Source: Patescibacteria group bacterium (lineage in GTDB: Bacteria; Patescibacteriota; Microgenomatia; Woykebacterales; JBBROZ01). From it: DNA of 46,939 bases. Below the pieces are notes generated by a model. That model did no database searches. It saw only the letters and a list, made by a program, of their open reading frames with translations, and was not told the DNA's origin. The translations under genes and the position numbers were made by a program. Within the stretch, counting starts at the first letter, position 1, and each line of letters begins with the position of its first letter. This document shows, in pieces, positions 31,531 to 40,947 of the stretch. The stretch is from assembly GCA_038228785.1 (NCBI GenBank), contig JBBROZ010000002.1:1-46939 (forward strand). The letters run 5' to 3'.

Positions 31531-33705
31531 CTACTCGAGTGGAAAGGAGGTAATGATGGACTTACCATCCTTTCCAATCACTGTCCTTATGACCCGGCCT
31601 CCGAAAGAGTATTCAAATGCGGGGTCTCCTCTTGGCGTGATGGCCTTCTGACCATACCTAACGCTGTCGTTGATCAGTTGCTTCAGCTGACCATCTGACA
31701 TCGGGCCGAAGGCTCTCCAGAAGTTACTCTCACCCGTGTCAAGAACGTGACGTCGGAAGATGTGGATCCACCCTTCGCCTTGCAACTTGCTGTTGACTAC
31801 CTCACTCCAACCGCCCTTAAGGACATATTCCTGCCCGTCTCGGACGACTGAGAAAAGAACTCGGTCACGAACAACAGTGCGAAGTACCCGAACTGTTTCA
31901 ACTACCTTGGGTACGTTTTTTAGGTACATAACCGGGGCCAGCACGAAATTGAGAACGGCGTAACGATTGTTCTCGTCGTCATTGCCCCAAGCGAGATTGA
32001 CCCCAGAGAATGCAGATACGATCAGGTTGAGGTCGTCGTTTGACCTCAAGAAAGCCTGTATCGGATCGATGGCGTTACCAAAGACTTCGTCATCAAGCTG
32101 TGAGTTACCAGTACTGACTGGGGTTTGCACTCCAGATTGCTGACTCGAACCTAACACGTTTACTTGAACCAAGATGTCGGGCCCGGCCATCCAACTTCGC
32201 CACTCGGAGACAATCCGGAAACTTTCCTGGTAGATTCCAGGCAAGTCCGGAGCCTGGAGGATGAAACTAAACGTCACCTGTTGCCCAGAAACCACGCCGT
32301 TTGGCAGATAGGTCACCCTATTGATGCTAGGCCACGTGGAATCCTCGAAAAGACCAATGTGGTCTCGCGGACCCCAAGTTCCAAGAAGGATGTCGTGATC
32401 CCAGCTCGGTCCTCCTGTGTTAACCATAGTTGCAGTAGCGGTAAAACGCTGTCCGGAGGAAACCGACTTTGGATAGGTCAGAGACGAAAGCTGGTAGCTC
32501 CAGTTACTCTGAACCTGAGGAATTCCAGATTGCTTGCTGCTGACTTGTGCGGTCACGGTCACAAGTGGGCCACTCATCCATGCTCGCCATTCTGCGACGA
32601 GGAGGAAGGTCTGCGAGTAGGTGCCCGGAATACTCGGCGCTTTGATCTGGAAACTAATGTTGACTGATTGGCCATAGCCGATGTTGCCAGGCAAGAGAAC
32701 CGCCCGGTTGTCACGGATCCAGCCATTTGTAGCGAACGGGCTGGCCATGTCCCGGGGACTGTAGGTCCCGAGGAGAACGTCATGGTCCCAGACTTGCCCG
32801 CAGTTCGTGAGTAGGGCGCTAAACGTCCCCGTCTCACTTGGACCAAGTTGATTGGGATAGGTCACACTGCTCACCTGGTAACAATAGCCCTGCGACTGGG
32901 GTGGATGCTGACCACCTGGCGGCGGAGCTGGTGTCGGGGCCGGCGGGGCCGGATTAGGTGTCGGAGCCGGCGGCGGGGACGGGGGAGGTGGTGTCGGCTT
33001 GGGCGCTACCGGCCGCGGGTCTTCGAGCGTGAACCAACCCGTGCCGCCACCCCATTCTTCTTCGGAGAGATCCCACCAGATGCGACCATCACTTCCGCGC
33101 TGGGGGCCGCCTTTGATCTTGACGACCAAACCTGAAGAGAGGCTGTTCTGGAACGACCCGTCTGGACCGCGAAAGACCTGCACTGCTCTTGGCAAACGGA
33201 AGTAACTGCCGACTTGCGGAGTCGAGGTGGTCGGCAGACTGTTGCGATCTAGCTTCGGAGGAGGGGGATATGTGACTGTGAAGTAACCCTTACGAGATGC
33301 TCCACCGAGGTCAAAGACTTCGTGCCAACCACCACCGTAGTCCTGGTAAACCGCGAACAGAGTGTACTGACCGGGGTCGCGAGCGACGATCTGACACTGC
33401 ATTCCTTGGCTAAGGCCAGACCCAAGGCTGTAATCCGATACGAACCCACAGTCTTGGATATCCTGCTCCCAACCACCGGGGCCCCGTCCGCCGATTCCCC
33501 AAAGCTTGGCGGAGAAGGTACTACCGGTCGTGTTGACCAGCGTTACCTGGGCTGAGACGATCTCGCCTGGCATGGGATTTGCTTTGTCGACGGTCACTGG
33601 ACCAGCGATGTAAACCCGACCAGCCGCGCTAACTTGAGTCGCATTCGACGCGACCGAGACCGCGAGAACGAGGATCGCCAGGCAGATTGCGAGGCCGCGT
33701 CTCAT
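31531..33705 (-). CDS. Secreted multidomain protein (724 aa) with toxin-like C-terminal domain
   Basis: Signal peptide, CARDB-like module, SH3b-like segment, Pro-rich linker (PPPPSPPPAPTPNPAPPAPTPAPPP), and two tandem ~120-aa Ig-like modules (…FQIKAPSIPGTYSQTFLLVAEWRAWM / …FILQAPDLPGIYQESFRIVSEWRSWM). Then comes a ~150-aa C-terminus with WIHIFRRHV...IITSFP. Confidence 0.85.
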   Translation of the reverse strand: MRRGLAICLAILVLAVSVASNATQVSAAGRVYIAGPVTVDKANPMPGEIVSAQVTLVNTTGSTFSAKLWGIGGRGPGGWEQDIQDCGFVSDYSLGSGLSQGMQCQIVARDPGQYTLFAVYQDYGGGWHEVFDLGGASRKGYFTVTYPPPPKLDRNSLPTTSTPQVGSYFRLPRAVQVFRGPDGSFQNSLSSGLVVKIKGGPQRGSDGRIWWDLSEEEWGGGTGWFTLEDPRPVAPKPTPPPPSPPPAPTPNPAPPAPTPAPPPGGQHPPQSQGYCYQVSSVTYPNQLGPSETGTFSALLTNCGQVWDHDVLLGTYSPRDMASPFATNGWIRDNRAVLLPGNIGYGQSVNISFQIKAPSIPGTYSQTFLLVAEWRAWMSGPLVTVTAQVSSKQSGIPQVQSNWSYQLSSLTYPKSVSSGQRFTATATMVNTGGPSWDHDILLGTWGPRDHIGLFEDSTWPSINRVTYLPNGVVSGQQVTFSFILQAPDLPGIYQESFRIVSEWRSWMAGPDILVQVNVLGSSQQSGVQTPVSTGNSQLDDEVFGNAIDPIQAFLRSNDDLNLIVSAFSGVNLAWGNDDENNRYAVLNFVLAPVMYLKNVPKVVETVRVLRTVVRDRVLFSVVRDGQEYVLKGGWSEVVNSKLQGEGWIHIFRRHVLDTGESNFWRAFGPMSDGQLKQLINDSVRYGQKAITPRGDPAFEYSFGGRVIRTVIGKDGKSIITSFPLE

Positions 33706-33841
33706 GACCTGCTCCTTTCCCTTGGCGGGAAAATTTTGCGCGAAACTGGAAAAATGAAAATAGCACTCCCAACTGGCCGGCTGAAAAAGCCTGAGTTGTT
33801 AAAGTGCTACGAGGTACTTAACAAGTTATTAAATTGGAAGA

Positions 33842-33870
33842 ATCCTAACAAATAATCAGGGAACTGTCAA
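33842..33870 (-). promoter_or_regulatory. Candidate promoter of the 724-aa gene
   Basis: Minus strand: TTGACA (33870-33865), 17-nt spacer, TAGGAT (33847-33842). This implies a ~130-nt leader ending in an AAGGGAAAGGAG SD. Confidence 0.45.
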
Positions 33871-33951
33871 ACCTATAGCTCTTTTTGGACTTTCTAAAAG
33901 TAATCATTCGCCAGCTCATCTACTGCAATTTGCCTGCGTCAAATTGTCAAG

Positions 33952-33980
33952 TTGACCACCCAAAACTATAAGCATAGAAT
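33952..33980 (+). promoter_or_regulatory. Candidate promoter of the M16 peptidase gene (leaderless geometry)
   Basis: TTGACC (33952-33957), 17-nt spacer, TAGAAT (33975-33980). ATG 33988 is 7 nt downstream with no SD. Confidence 0.55.
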
Positions 33981-33987
33981 CAAGCCA

Positions 33988-35241
33988 ATGTTAAAAATCA
34001 CCAAATTACCCTCGGGATTAAAAATAGCTACTTATAAAATAGATCGGAAGGCTGCGGCAATTTCCTTCAGTTTTAAAGGTGGGAATCGTAACGAAACCCC
34101 AACAGAATTAGGAACAGCTCATTTCCTAGAGCACATACTTCTTAAAGGAAGTAAAAAATACCCATCTCCAAAGTTAGTTAAAGAATCAGTTCAATCACTC
34201 GGAGGAAATATCGGAGGTGTTACCGATAATGAGCAAACAGTTTTCCATAGTCGAATTCTTCTTGAAAATATTGACCAACCGCTTGATACCTTAACGGATA
34301 TCATCCAATTTCCACTCCTGGACCCGGTCATAATAGAACGTGAGAAAGAGATAATAAAGGAAGAGTATAATCGCTACAACAATAACTTCGAGAGACGAGC
34401 CTTTCAGTTTGGGTCTGAACTGTTGTGGCGAGGGCATCCTCTAGGCAAACCGATTGATATTTGGGCGTTGGATAACTTAGTCAATATTACTCCCCACTCA
34501 ATTAAAGAATTTATGAGTAAGCACTATATATTTGATAATTGTGTAGTCATGATAGTTGGTAATGTGGATCATGAGGAATGGGTTGAAAAAGTGTCTAACA
34601 AATTTGACTCAATAAGTAATAAAGGTGCCGAGATCAGTCCAGTTCTAAAAAAACTACCGGGAATTCAATTTAAAGGCGAGGTCAGGGATACCAAGCAAGT
34701 TAACCTAAATGTAAGCTTCTATGCTCCTGGATTTCAAAACGAAGACCGGTTCGCTGTAAGGATTGCCAACTCTATTTGGGATTTAAGGATTATAAATAAC
34801 CTGCGCTATGAACATGGATTATCTTATTCCCCAGGTACTAGTTTTAATCCGTACCAAGAATTAGGCGCCTGGCGGGTATCTGGTGAGTTTAAATCTGGAT
34901 CGCTCAAAGAATCGACGGGAGAGATACTTAAGGAAGCCAAATTATTGTCTTCCAGTATTCCAACTGAGCAAGAGTTAGTATCGGCTAAGGCTCGAGTAAA
35001 AAGTGGTTTGGTCTTTTCTAGCGAAAGTGTTTTATCTATCCGAGATAATTACGCCGAAAAAATACTTCTGGATATTAAACCTTTAGAGATGGAAGAAGTA
35101 ATAAATCATTACGAGAAAGTATCCGTCGAGGATGTTAAACGGGTAGCGAAAATATATCTAACTGATGATTTCAAGGTATCCGCAGTCGGACCCGTAGCTG
35201 ACATTAACGAATTAGAGAAACTTTACGGAAAATCTAGCTAA
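33988..35241 (+). CDS. M16 (pitrilysin/insulinase) family zinc peptidase
   Basis: Inverted zinc motif HxxEH in TAHFLEHILLKGS. The start is set to ATG 33988 (MLKITKLPSGLKI) based on the promoter geometry. AT-rich. Confidence 0.85.
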   Translation: MLKITKLPSGLKIATYKIDRKAAAISFSFKGGNRNETPTELGTAHFLEHILLKGSKKYPSPKLVKESVQSLGGNIGGVTDNEQTVFHSRILLENIDQPLDTLTDIIQFPLLDPVIIEREKEIIKEEYNRYNNNFERRAFQFGSELLWRGHPLGKPIDIWALDNLVNITPHSIKEFMSKHYIFDNCVVMIVGNVDHEEWVEKVSNKFDSISNKGAEISPVLKKLPGIQFKGEVRDTKQVNLNVSFYAPGFQNEDRFAVRIANSIWDLRIINNLRYEHGLSYSPGTSFNPYQELGAWRVSGEFKSGSLKESTGEILKEAKLLSSSIPTEQELVSAKARVKSGLVFSSESVLSIRDNYAEKILLDIKPLEMEEVINHYEKVSVEDVKRVAKIYLTDDFKVSAVGPVADINELEKLYGKSS

Positions 35242-36154
35242 ATAGATGTAGGGTCAGAAACCACCTAAACAAAGAATCGCCCATAAACATCGTCGCTAGC
35301 ACCCCGGTCACTAGAAACGGCGCTAGGGGAATGAGCTGACGCATCTGCTTCTTACGACTAAGCACTAAACCGATCCCGACAACCGCCCCGAAGGCAAACC
35401 CGATGTACATCGCGGTCACGAGATGCGGCCAAGGAATCACCAGTCCCAAGAAGATCGCTAACTTGATATCCCCACCACCCATGGCCCGTTCGTTACTTAG
35501 ATACACGATCGCGTAGAAAATCCCGGCTAGGACTAGTCCGGCGAGAGCCCCGTACAAAATCGGCGATGCTATCTCCATAGTGTGGGTCTGGATAAATTTG
35601 GGGTCGGCGAGAAGTTGGGGACCAAACTGCAGCCGAGCCGTTAAATCACGAAAAGCTTTGACCGATAGACCGATTTTTAGGGCGCCCAGTATCACGGCTA
35701 TGACAATCGCCGGTAAAACTACCTTATCCGGAATCTCCATAAACTTGAGATCGTAGACGAGAAGTATCACTAGGAAAGTAATGAAAATGAGCTGAGAGGC
35801 GAGAGCGATGCTGTCGACTAGCCCGAGCGTCAGATTGTCGAGCCCAAAGTATTGGAAGAATGTGGCCGCGAACAGTAGTCCCGTCCCCAGCTCCACCAAG
35901 GGGTACTGAATGGAAATCGGCTCATGACAATAGCGACATCTCCCACCCAAAATCACAAAGCTGACCAGAGGGATATTATCGAGTATCGAAAGCTGATGCT
36001 TACAATTGGGACACATGCTCCGGGCGCGCCGGAAAGGCAACTGGTTACGCAGCCGATACACCAGCGCATTAATGGTCGAGCCGATAGCGGTTCCAAAGAT
36101 AAAGACAATAATCAGTATTAAAAAATTCATAAAGTAATCTAGCCGAAGTCCCAA
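35234..36154 (-). CDS. pilD: Prepilin peptidase / N-methyltransferase PilD (A24 family)
   Basis: CPNCKH...CRYCHE zinc motif, catalytic Asp contexts MEIPDKV and GGGDIKL, and multiple TM helices. The start is either TTG 36154 or ATG 36130 (MNFLILII). Confidence 0.9.
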   Translation of the reverse strand: MGLRLDYFMNFLILIIVFIFGTAIGSTINALVYRLRNQLPFRRARSMCPNCKHQLSILDNIPLVSFVILGGRCRYCHEPISIQYPLVELGTGLLFAATFFQYFGLDNLTLGLVDSIALASQLIFITFLVILLVYDLKFMEIPDKVVLPAIVIAVILGALKIGLSVKAFRDLTARLQFGPQLLADPKFIQTHTMEIASPILYGALAGLVLAGIFYAIVYLSNERAMGGGDIKLAIFLGLVIPWPHLVTAMYIGFAFGAVVGIGLVLSRKKQMRQLIPLAPFLVTGVLATMFMGDSLFRWFLTLHLFS

Positions 36155-36184
36155 TACTTTTGGATCGCCTGCTACTAAAAAGAT

Positions 36185-36204
36185 GAGGGGGCCGAAGCCC
36201 CCTC
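36185..36204 (-). terminator. Terminator/attenuator after the major pilin gene
   Basis: GAGGGGGC (36185-36192)/GCCCCCTC (36197-36204) with a 4-nt loop (CGAA on the plus strand). On the minus strand it is followed by ATCTTTTTAG. Confidence 0.65.
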
Positions 36205-36211
36205 AAGGTCC

Positions 36212-36721
36212 CTACGGGGCGACGGTGGGTTCAGTCGTTTGCAGTCCAGCTGAGCCTTTAGCGTCGATGAAGTAGACCCCACCGTTCGAGGTGGGATTCT
36301 CCATGATCGCCCAGAGCACGTAACTACTTCCCGTGTTGGAGGTAGCGTTACTTAGGTACTTGTACAAACAAGCTTGAGCCGCCGCGGCAGTACTGATTTT
36401 ACAGTTACTAGCAGCATTTTGCGGATCGGTCAGGACTTTGGGCATGTACGATTTGGAGACTAACTCTCCAGCCGTCGTATAGATCCCAGCTCCAGCACCG
36501 GCGGTTGAATCACCAGTTCCAGCACTACCTGGGTAAACCTGAAGATCGGCGTAATACCTCTCCATAGCCGTACGGTAAGTCGAGATGTCAGATTTTCTCT
36601 GAGCATCACGAGCCGATTTCTGGACTCCGGTTAGGGAGACCAAGGCAACTGAGGCGAGAATACCAATCACCGCGATCACAACCATAAGTTCGATTAGGGT
36701 GAAACCTTTGTTTCGTTTCAT
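36212..36721 (-). CDS. pilA: Major type IV pilin
   Basis: Track ORF trimmed to ATG 36721, behind the AAGGGGGGTGAG SD. Sequence MKRNKG/FTLIELMVVIAVIGILASVAL (Phe+1, Glu+5). C-terminal Cys pair NCKISTAAAAQAC. Confidence 0.9.
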   Translation of the reverse strand: MKRNKGFTLIELMVVIAVIGILASVALVSLTGVQKSARDAQRKSDISTYRTAMERYYADLQVYPGSAGTGDSTAGAGAGIYTTAGELVSKSYMPKVLTDPQNAASNCKISTAAAAQACLYKYLSNATSNTGSSYVLWAIMENPTSNGGVYFIDAKGSAGLQTTEPTVAP

Positions 36722-36791
36722 ATTCTCACCCCCCTTCAGATGGATTTGACTGATAAATTTTGAATTCGAGGTCATGTAGTTTGGCAGCCCT

Positions 36792-38003
36792 CTATTTAAT
36801 AACGTTAACGAGGTTAAACATTGGAAGCAGGATCGCCAGGGCCAACCCAGCAACACCTATTCCCATCACGATAATCATAATCGGCTCAAGAGCTGTGGTC
36901 AAATTCTTGATACGTTGATCGCTCTCCTGCTCGAAGTAAACGGCCAGCTTGGTCAATACATCATCAAGATGTCCAGTCTCTTCACCAATCGCGACCATCT
37001 GCCCGATAATTGGTGGGAAACTTTTGTTAGCTTGCAAGGGCCCAGATAGCCTGGCACCTTTTTCCACCTGAACTGCCGCCGCTTCCAATCCGTCGGCGTA
37101 AACGTTTTTCCCGACCGTATCCCTGGTAATTCGCAAACCTTCCAGGATCGGGATTCCTGATCCCACCAAGGCTCCAAAAGTCCGCACCAAGATAGCGAAA
37201 GTGACCATTTTATTTAATGGACCGAAGACGGGCAGTCGGTAACCCAAATCACTTAAAAACTTGCCACCCTTGGGGGTAGCGCGAAATCTTTTGAAAGCGA
37301 TATAGGCCCCAATCGCAACTATCGGCATGAAAATGATAGTCGCCTGCACCACGTTACTGATAAAAATAAGGATCAAAGTTGGAAGAGGTAAATCGGCGCC
37401 TAGGGAGTTGTAGACCTCGGAGATACGGGGGATCACTAGCACCATCATGGCCAGTCCAATTAGCACCATCGCCCCCGAAACTATCGCCGGATAAAGTAGA
37501 GCGCCTTTGATCTTGCCCTTGAATTCTCGTTCCTGCTCCATCTGCTCGGCTAAGCGGTTTAGGATTTTGTCCATGGATCCCGAAGCTTCACCGGCTCTAA
37601 GTAAGGCAATATAAATGTTAGGGAAAACGTCCGGGTACTTGGCCAGGGCGCTACTCAGCTGTGTTCCAGACTCAACCTCGCGCAGGGCGCTAGCTAACAC
37701 GGCTTTGAGCTTGGGATTAGTGACCTGTTTTTGCATGATACTTAGAGAGTCGGTCAGGGGTAATCCAGCCGCAATCATAGTGGCTAGTTGTCTCGTGAAA
37801 CTGGCTTTATCACCAATCGATACTCCTTGGAAACGCTCGAAGGTCCCCTGAAAAGAGAGTGCGTTATTGAATAGCTCAATTTTGATCGGAACGAGATGCT
37901 TATCTTTTAGAAGTGACGAAACCTGATTCTCGTCGGAAGCCTCGGCGTTGCCATTAACGATCCGTCCCGATTCGTCTTTGGCCTGGTATGAATACTTAGC
38001 CAC
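36792..38003 (-). CDS. pilC: T4P platform protein PilC (GspF family)
   Basis: 403 aa. Two GspF-type repeats and three TM segments. The start overlaps the pilT stop. Confidence 0.92.
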   Translation of the reverse strand: MAKYSYQAKDESGRIVNGNAEASDENQVSSLLKDKHLVPIKIELFNNALSFQGTFERFQGVSIGDKASFTRQLATMIAAGLPLTDSLSIMQKQVTNPKLKAVLASALREVESGTQLSSALAKYPDVFPNIYIALLRAGEASGSMDKILNRLAEQMEQEREFKGKIKGALLYPAIVSGAMVLIGLAMMVLVIPRISEVYNSLGADLPLPTLILIFISNVVQATIIFMPIVAIGAYIAFKRFRATPKGGKFLSDLGYRLPVFGPLNKMVTFAILVRTFGALVGSGIPILEGLRITRDTVGKNVYADGLEAAAVQVEKGARLSGPLQANKSFPPIIGQMVAIGEETGHLDDVLTKLAVYFEQESDQRIKNLTTALEPIMIIVMGIGVAGLALAILLPMFNLVNVIK

Positions 38004-39069
38004 GGCCAGCCCCCTTGACCAAACGGTTCAGCTCTTCGGTTCTAATGGTGTGAGACAAGGCCATTTCGTAACTGATAGTTCCAGCTTTGACCAACGTGGC
38101 CAGCGAGGACTCAAGTAGGATCATCCCCTGAGCGGCTGAGGTTTGGATCACGTTGTCGATCAGGTGAGTCTTACCGTCTCTAATCAGTGAGCGAATGGCC
38201 CCGTTGGCCATCAGGATCTCGACCGCCGGAACCCGTCCACCTGAGATCGCCGGGATCAAGCGTTGACTGACGATTCCTTCTAGGATCGAGGCCAATTGCT
38301 GGCGGACTTGGGCCTGCTGGTGTTCGGGGAAGACATCGATGATCCGGTCGATGGTTTGGGAGGCAGAATTGGTGTGTAAAGTGGCAAATACTAAGTGCCC
38401 GGTCTCGGCAATGGTCAAAGCGGCGCTGATGGTCTCGTAATCACGCATTTCCCCAATCAAGACGACATCAGGGTCTTCACGAAGTGCACTTCTTAGGGCG
38501 ATTTCCCAGGAATGAGTGTCTAAATGCAATTCTCGTTGAGCGATCAAAGCCCTTTTGACCGGATAGACGTATTCAATCGGATCTTCGATAGTTAGGATGT
38601 GGTTACTTCTGGTTTCATTGATCTGATTGATGAGCGCCGCTAAGGTGGTTGATTTACCCTGGCCAGTCGGGCCGGTCACCAGGATCAGTCCTTGGGGCAT
38701 CTCAGCGAAACGGGAGATGATCGGCGGGAGTTTGAGCTCTTCGATGGTCCGTATTTTGACTGGGATGAGACGCAGGGCCGCCGCCAGGTAACCTTTTTCG
38801 TAGAAAGCATTGACCCGGAACCGAGCGACTTCACCCAAGGCAAATGAGAAATCGACCTCTTTGTTGGTGAGAAGCAGATCTTTTTGCTCGGGGGAAGTCA
38901 TCTCGAAAACCAGGGCCTCAACCCTAGCGCTAGTCAAAACGTCTTCACCCGAGATCGGACGAAGTTCCCCGTCAATTCTGACCACTGGTAGGGCCCCCAC
39001 AGTCAGATGCAAATCCGAGGCATCGTGGGAAATAGTGTATTCAAGGTATTTTTGGATCTCTAGTGGCAT
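37996..39069 (-). CDS. pilT: T4P retraction ATPase PilT
   Basis: 357 aa. Walker A GPTGQGKSTT, ILTIEDPIE, LIGEMRD, GHLVFATLHT and the PilT-type AIRSLIRDGKTHLI. Confidence 0.92.
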   Translation of the reverse strand: MPLEIQKYLEYTISHDASDLHLTVGALPVVRIDGELRPISGEDVLTSARVEALVFEMTSPEQKDLLLTNKEVDFSFALGEVARFRVNAFYEKGYLAAALRLIPVKIRTIEELKLPPIISRFAEMPQGLILVTGPTGQGKSTTLAALINQINETRSNHILTIEDPIEYVYPVKRALIAQRELHLDTHSWEIALRSALREDPDVVLIGEMRDYETISAALTIAETGHLVFATLHTNSASQTIDRIIDVFPEHQQAQVRQQLASILEGIVSQRLIPAISGGRVPAVEILMANGAIRSLIRDGKTHLIDNVIQTSAAQGMILLESSLATLVKAGTISYEMALSHTIRTEELNRLVKGAGRG

Positions 39070-39143
39070 ATTACTTTACGAAACCTCTGGTTGAGTAAAG
39101 CAAGGAGTCAAATAAAGATTTATCAAAATATAAATTTGACATG

Positions 39144-40931
39144 TTACTCCTCCGCGACTCTTAGTACTTCTTCAATAGTGGTGATTCCTTCGATTGATTT
39201 TAGGAAACCGTCCTGGACCATCGTGACCATCCCGCCTTCAATGGCAGCTTTTTCAATGTCACTAGCCGAAGCGCGCTCCAAGATCAATCGTCCAATTTTT
39301 TCGCTGACTTGCAAAACTTCATAGATTCCGACCCGTCCCTCGTAGCCAGAGTCGCCGCACTGCTCACAACCCTTGCCTTTGAATAATTTGATTTTGTCGC
39401 TACCCTCAGTGTAGAGCTTACCCAGCTGGTCCTTTATTTGCTTAACAACCGGTGGGGGAGCATCGTATTCCTCCTTGCAGTGCTTACAAAGTGTGCGCAC
39501 GACCCGTTGAGCCATCACCGCGTTCATCGATGAGGCCATCAAAAATGTCTCGGCTCCAAGGTCCATCAGTCTGGGGAGTGATCCGGCGGCGTTATTGGTG
39601 TGGATCGTTGAGAAAACCAAATGTCCCGTCAGCGCCGCTTGGATCGCTAGTTCAGTTGTTTCCTTATCTCTGATCTCACCGACCATGATGATATTGGGAT
39701 CTTGACGTAGAAAACTTCGTAAACCTGAGGCGAAGGTAAGTCCCGCTTGTGGGTTGATCTGGACTTGGTTGATACCTGGCATAGCGTACTCGACCGGGTC
39801 TTCCAGGGTCACGATATTGACCTTGGGAGTGTTGATCTTACTGAGGATCGAATAAAGAGTGGTAGTTTTACCTGATCCGGTCGGCCCGGAAATCAGCACA
39901 ATGCCGTGGGGGCGGGTAATCTCGGTCTCGGTTATCTTAAGGGCGTTACCGCGCAGTCCTAGATCTAATAAGGTGGGGACACCACCGGATTTTCGAAGTA
40001 ACCTCATGACCACTTTCTCTCCGTGGGTTGTCGGTAAGGTACTGACCCGTAAATCCACCTCTTGGGCCCCAAGCTTAAAGGTAAAACGGCCATCTTGGGG
40101 CAGTCGACGCTCGTCAATTTTCAGATCGGAGAGAATTTTGATACGGCTAATGATACTGTCATGAACTTTTTTGGGTAGGACCAAACGCTCTTGTAAGATG
40201 CCGTCGATCCGGTAGCGCACCCTAGTCTTATCGTCTTGCGGCTCGATATGCACATCACTGGCCCTAGATTTGAGCGCATATTCCAAGATAGTACTGACGA
40301 TCTTGGCAACCGGAGCTTCTCTAATGATATCTTCGACCTTGCTAAGATCTTTGATCGTCTCGATGGCTTCAACTGTTCCCGTCGAAGCCGTGTCTTTGAG
40401 AGCCTCGCTGACCTCGGTCGTGAGGGACTGGGCGTATTGGCTTTCAATGGCGGATGAAATGTCCTGGGAACTGGCAATATAGGGATCGATCTTGGCCCCG
40501 GACTTGCGCTCCAAAAACTCGATCACCTGCAAATCCAAGGGATCAACCATGGCCACAGATAGTGAATTCTTGGGCTTATCGAATAAGAAAGGGACCAAAA
40601 CGTAGCGCCTGGCGACTGCTTCCGGGATCATTCCCAAAACTTCGGAATTTATCTGTTTACCGGTCAGATCGATAAAGGGGATCCCGAGCAGTTGAGATCG
40701 GGCCTGCATGACATCGTCCGGCGTCGAATATTTGTGTTCGATCAGAATATCTTCAACCGCACGTCCGGTATTGATGGCTTCTAGTTTGACTAAGGAATAT
40801 TGATCGGCAGTGAGTTTGCCCTGATCTTTCAGGACATCTTCGACACCTTTTTGGGCAACTTCAGGCAAGTAGGTTCCCTCAGATAATTTTCGGTACATCT
40901 GCATTATCCGTTGGTGACTACCTAGTGTCAA
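39144..40931 (-). CDS. pilB: T4P extension ATPase PilB
   Basis: 595 aa. N-terminal T2SSE_N-like domain, Walker A GPTGSGKTTT, tetracysteine CKHC...CEQC and GHLVFSTIHT. Start is TTG 40931, or ATG 40904/40898. Confidence 0.92.
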   Translation of the reverse strand: MTLGSHQRIMQMYRKLSEGTYLPEVAQKGVEDVLKDQGKLTADQYSLVKLEAINTGRAVEDILIEHKYSTPDDVMQARSQLLGIPFIDLTGKQINSEVLGMIPEAVARRYVLVPFLFDKPKNSLSVAMVDPLDLQVIEFLERKSGAKIDPYIASSQDISSAIESQYAQSLTTEVSEALKDTASTGTVEAIETIKDLSKVEDIIREAPVAKIVSTILEYALKSRASDVHIEPQDDKTRVRYRIDGILQERLVLPKKVHDSIISRIKILSDLKIDERRLPQDGRFTFKLGAQEVDLRVSTLPTTHGEKVVMRLLRKSGGVPTLLDLGLRGNALKITETEITRPHGIVLISGPTGSGKTTTLYSILSKINTPKVNIVTLEDPVEYAMPGINQVQINPQAGLTFASGLRSFLRQDPNIIMVGEIRDKETTELAIQAALTGHLVFSTIHTNNAAGSLPRLMDLGAETFLMASSMNAVMAQRVVRTLCKHCKEEYDAPPPVVKQIKDQLGKLYTEGSDKIKLFKGKGCEQCGDSGYEGRVGIYEVLQVSEKIGRLILERASASDIEKAAIEGGMVTMVQDGFLKSIEGITTIEEVLRVAEE

Positions 40932-40947
40932 ATACTATAATAAGTGG

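Noticed and set aside
32164-33555. Antisense and alternative-frame ORFs inside the 724-aa gene (32164..32667, 32574..32846, 32848..33135, 32999..33205, 33249..33476, 33322..33555).
   Set aside because: Same reason as above: GC-rich shadow frames with Arg/Pro/Gly-rich nonsense composition.
33634-33855. Track ORF 33634..33855 (+) in the divergent intergenic region.
   Set aside because: It overlaps the 5' end and leader of the 724-aa gene and the predicted promoter region, and it has no SD. The region is better explained as regulatory.
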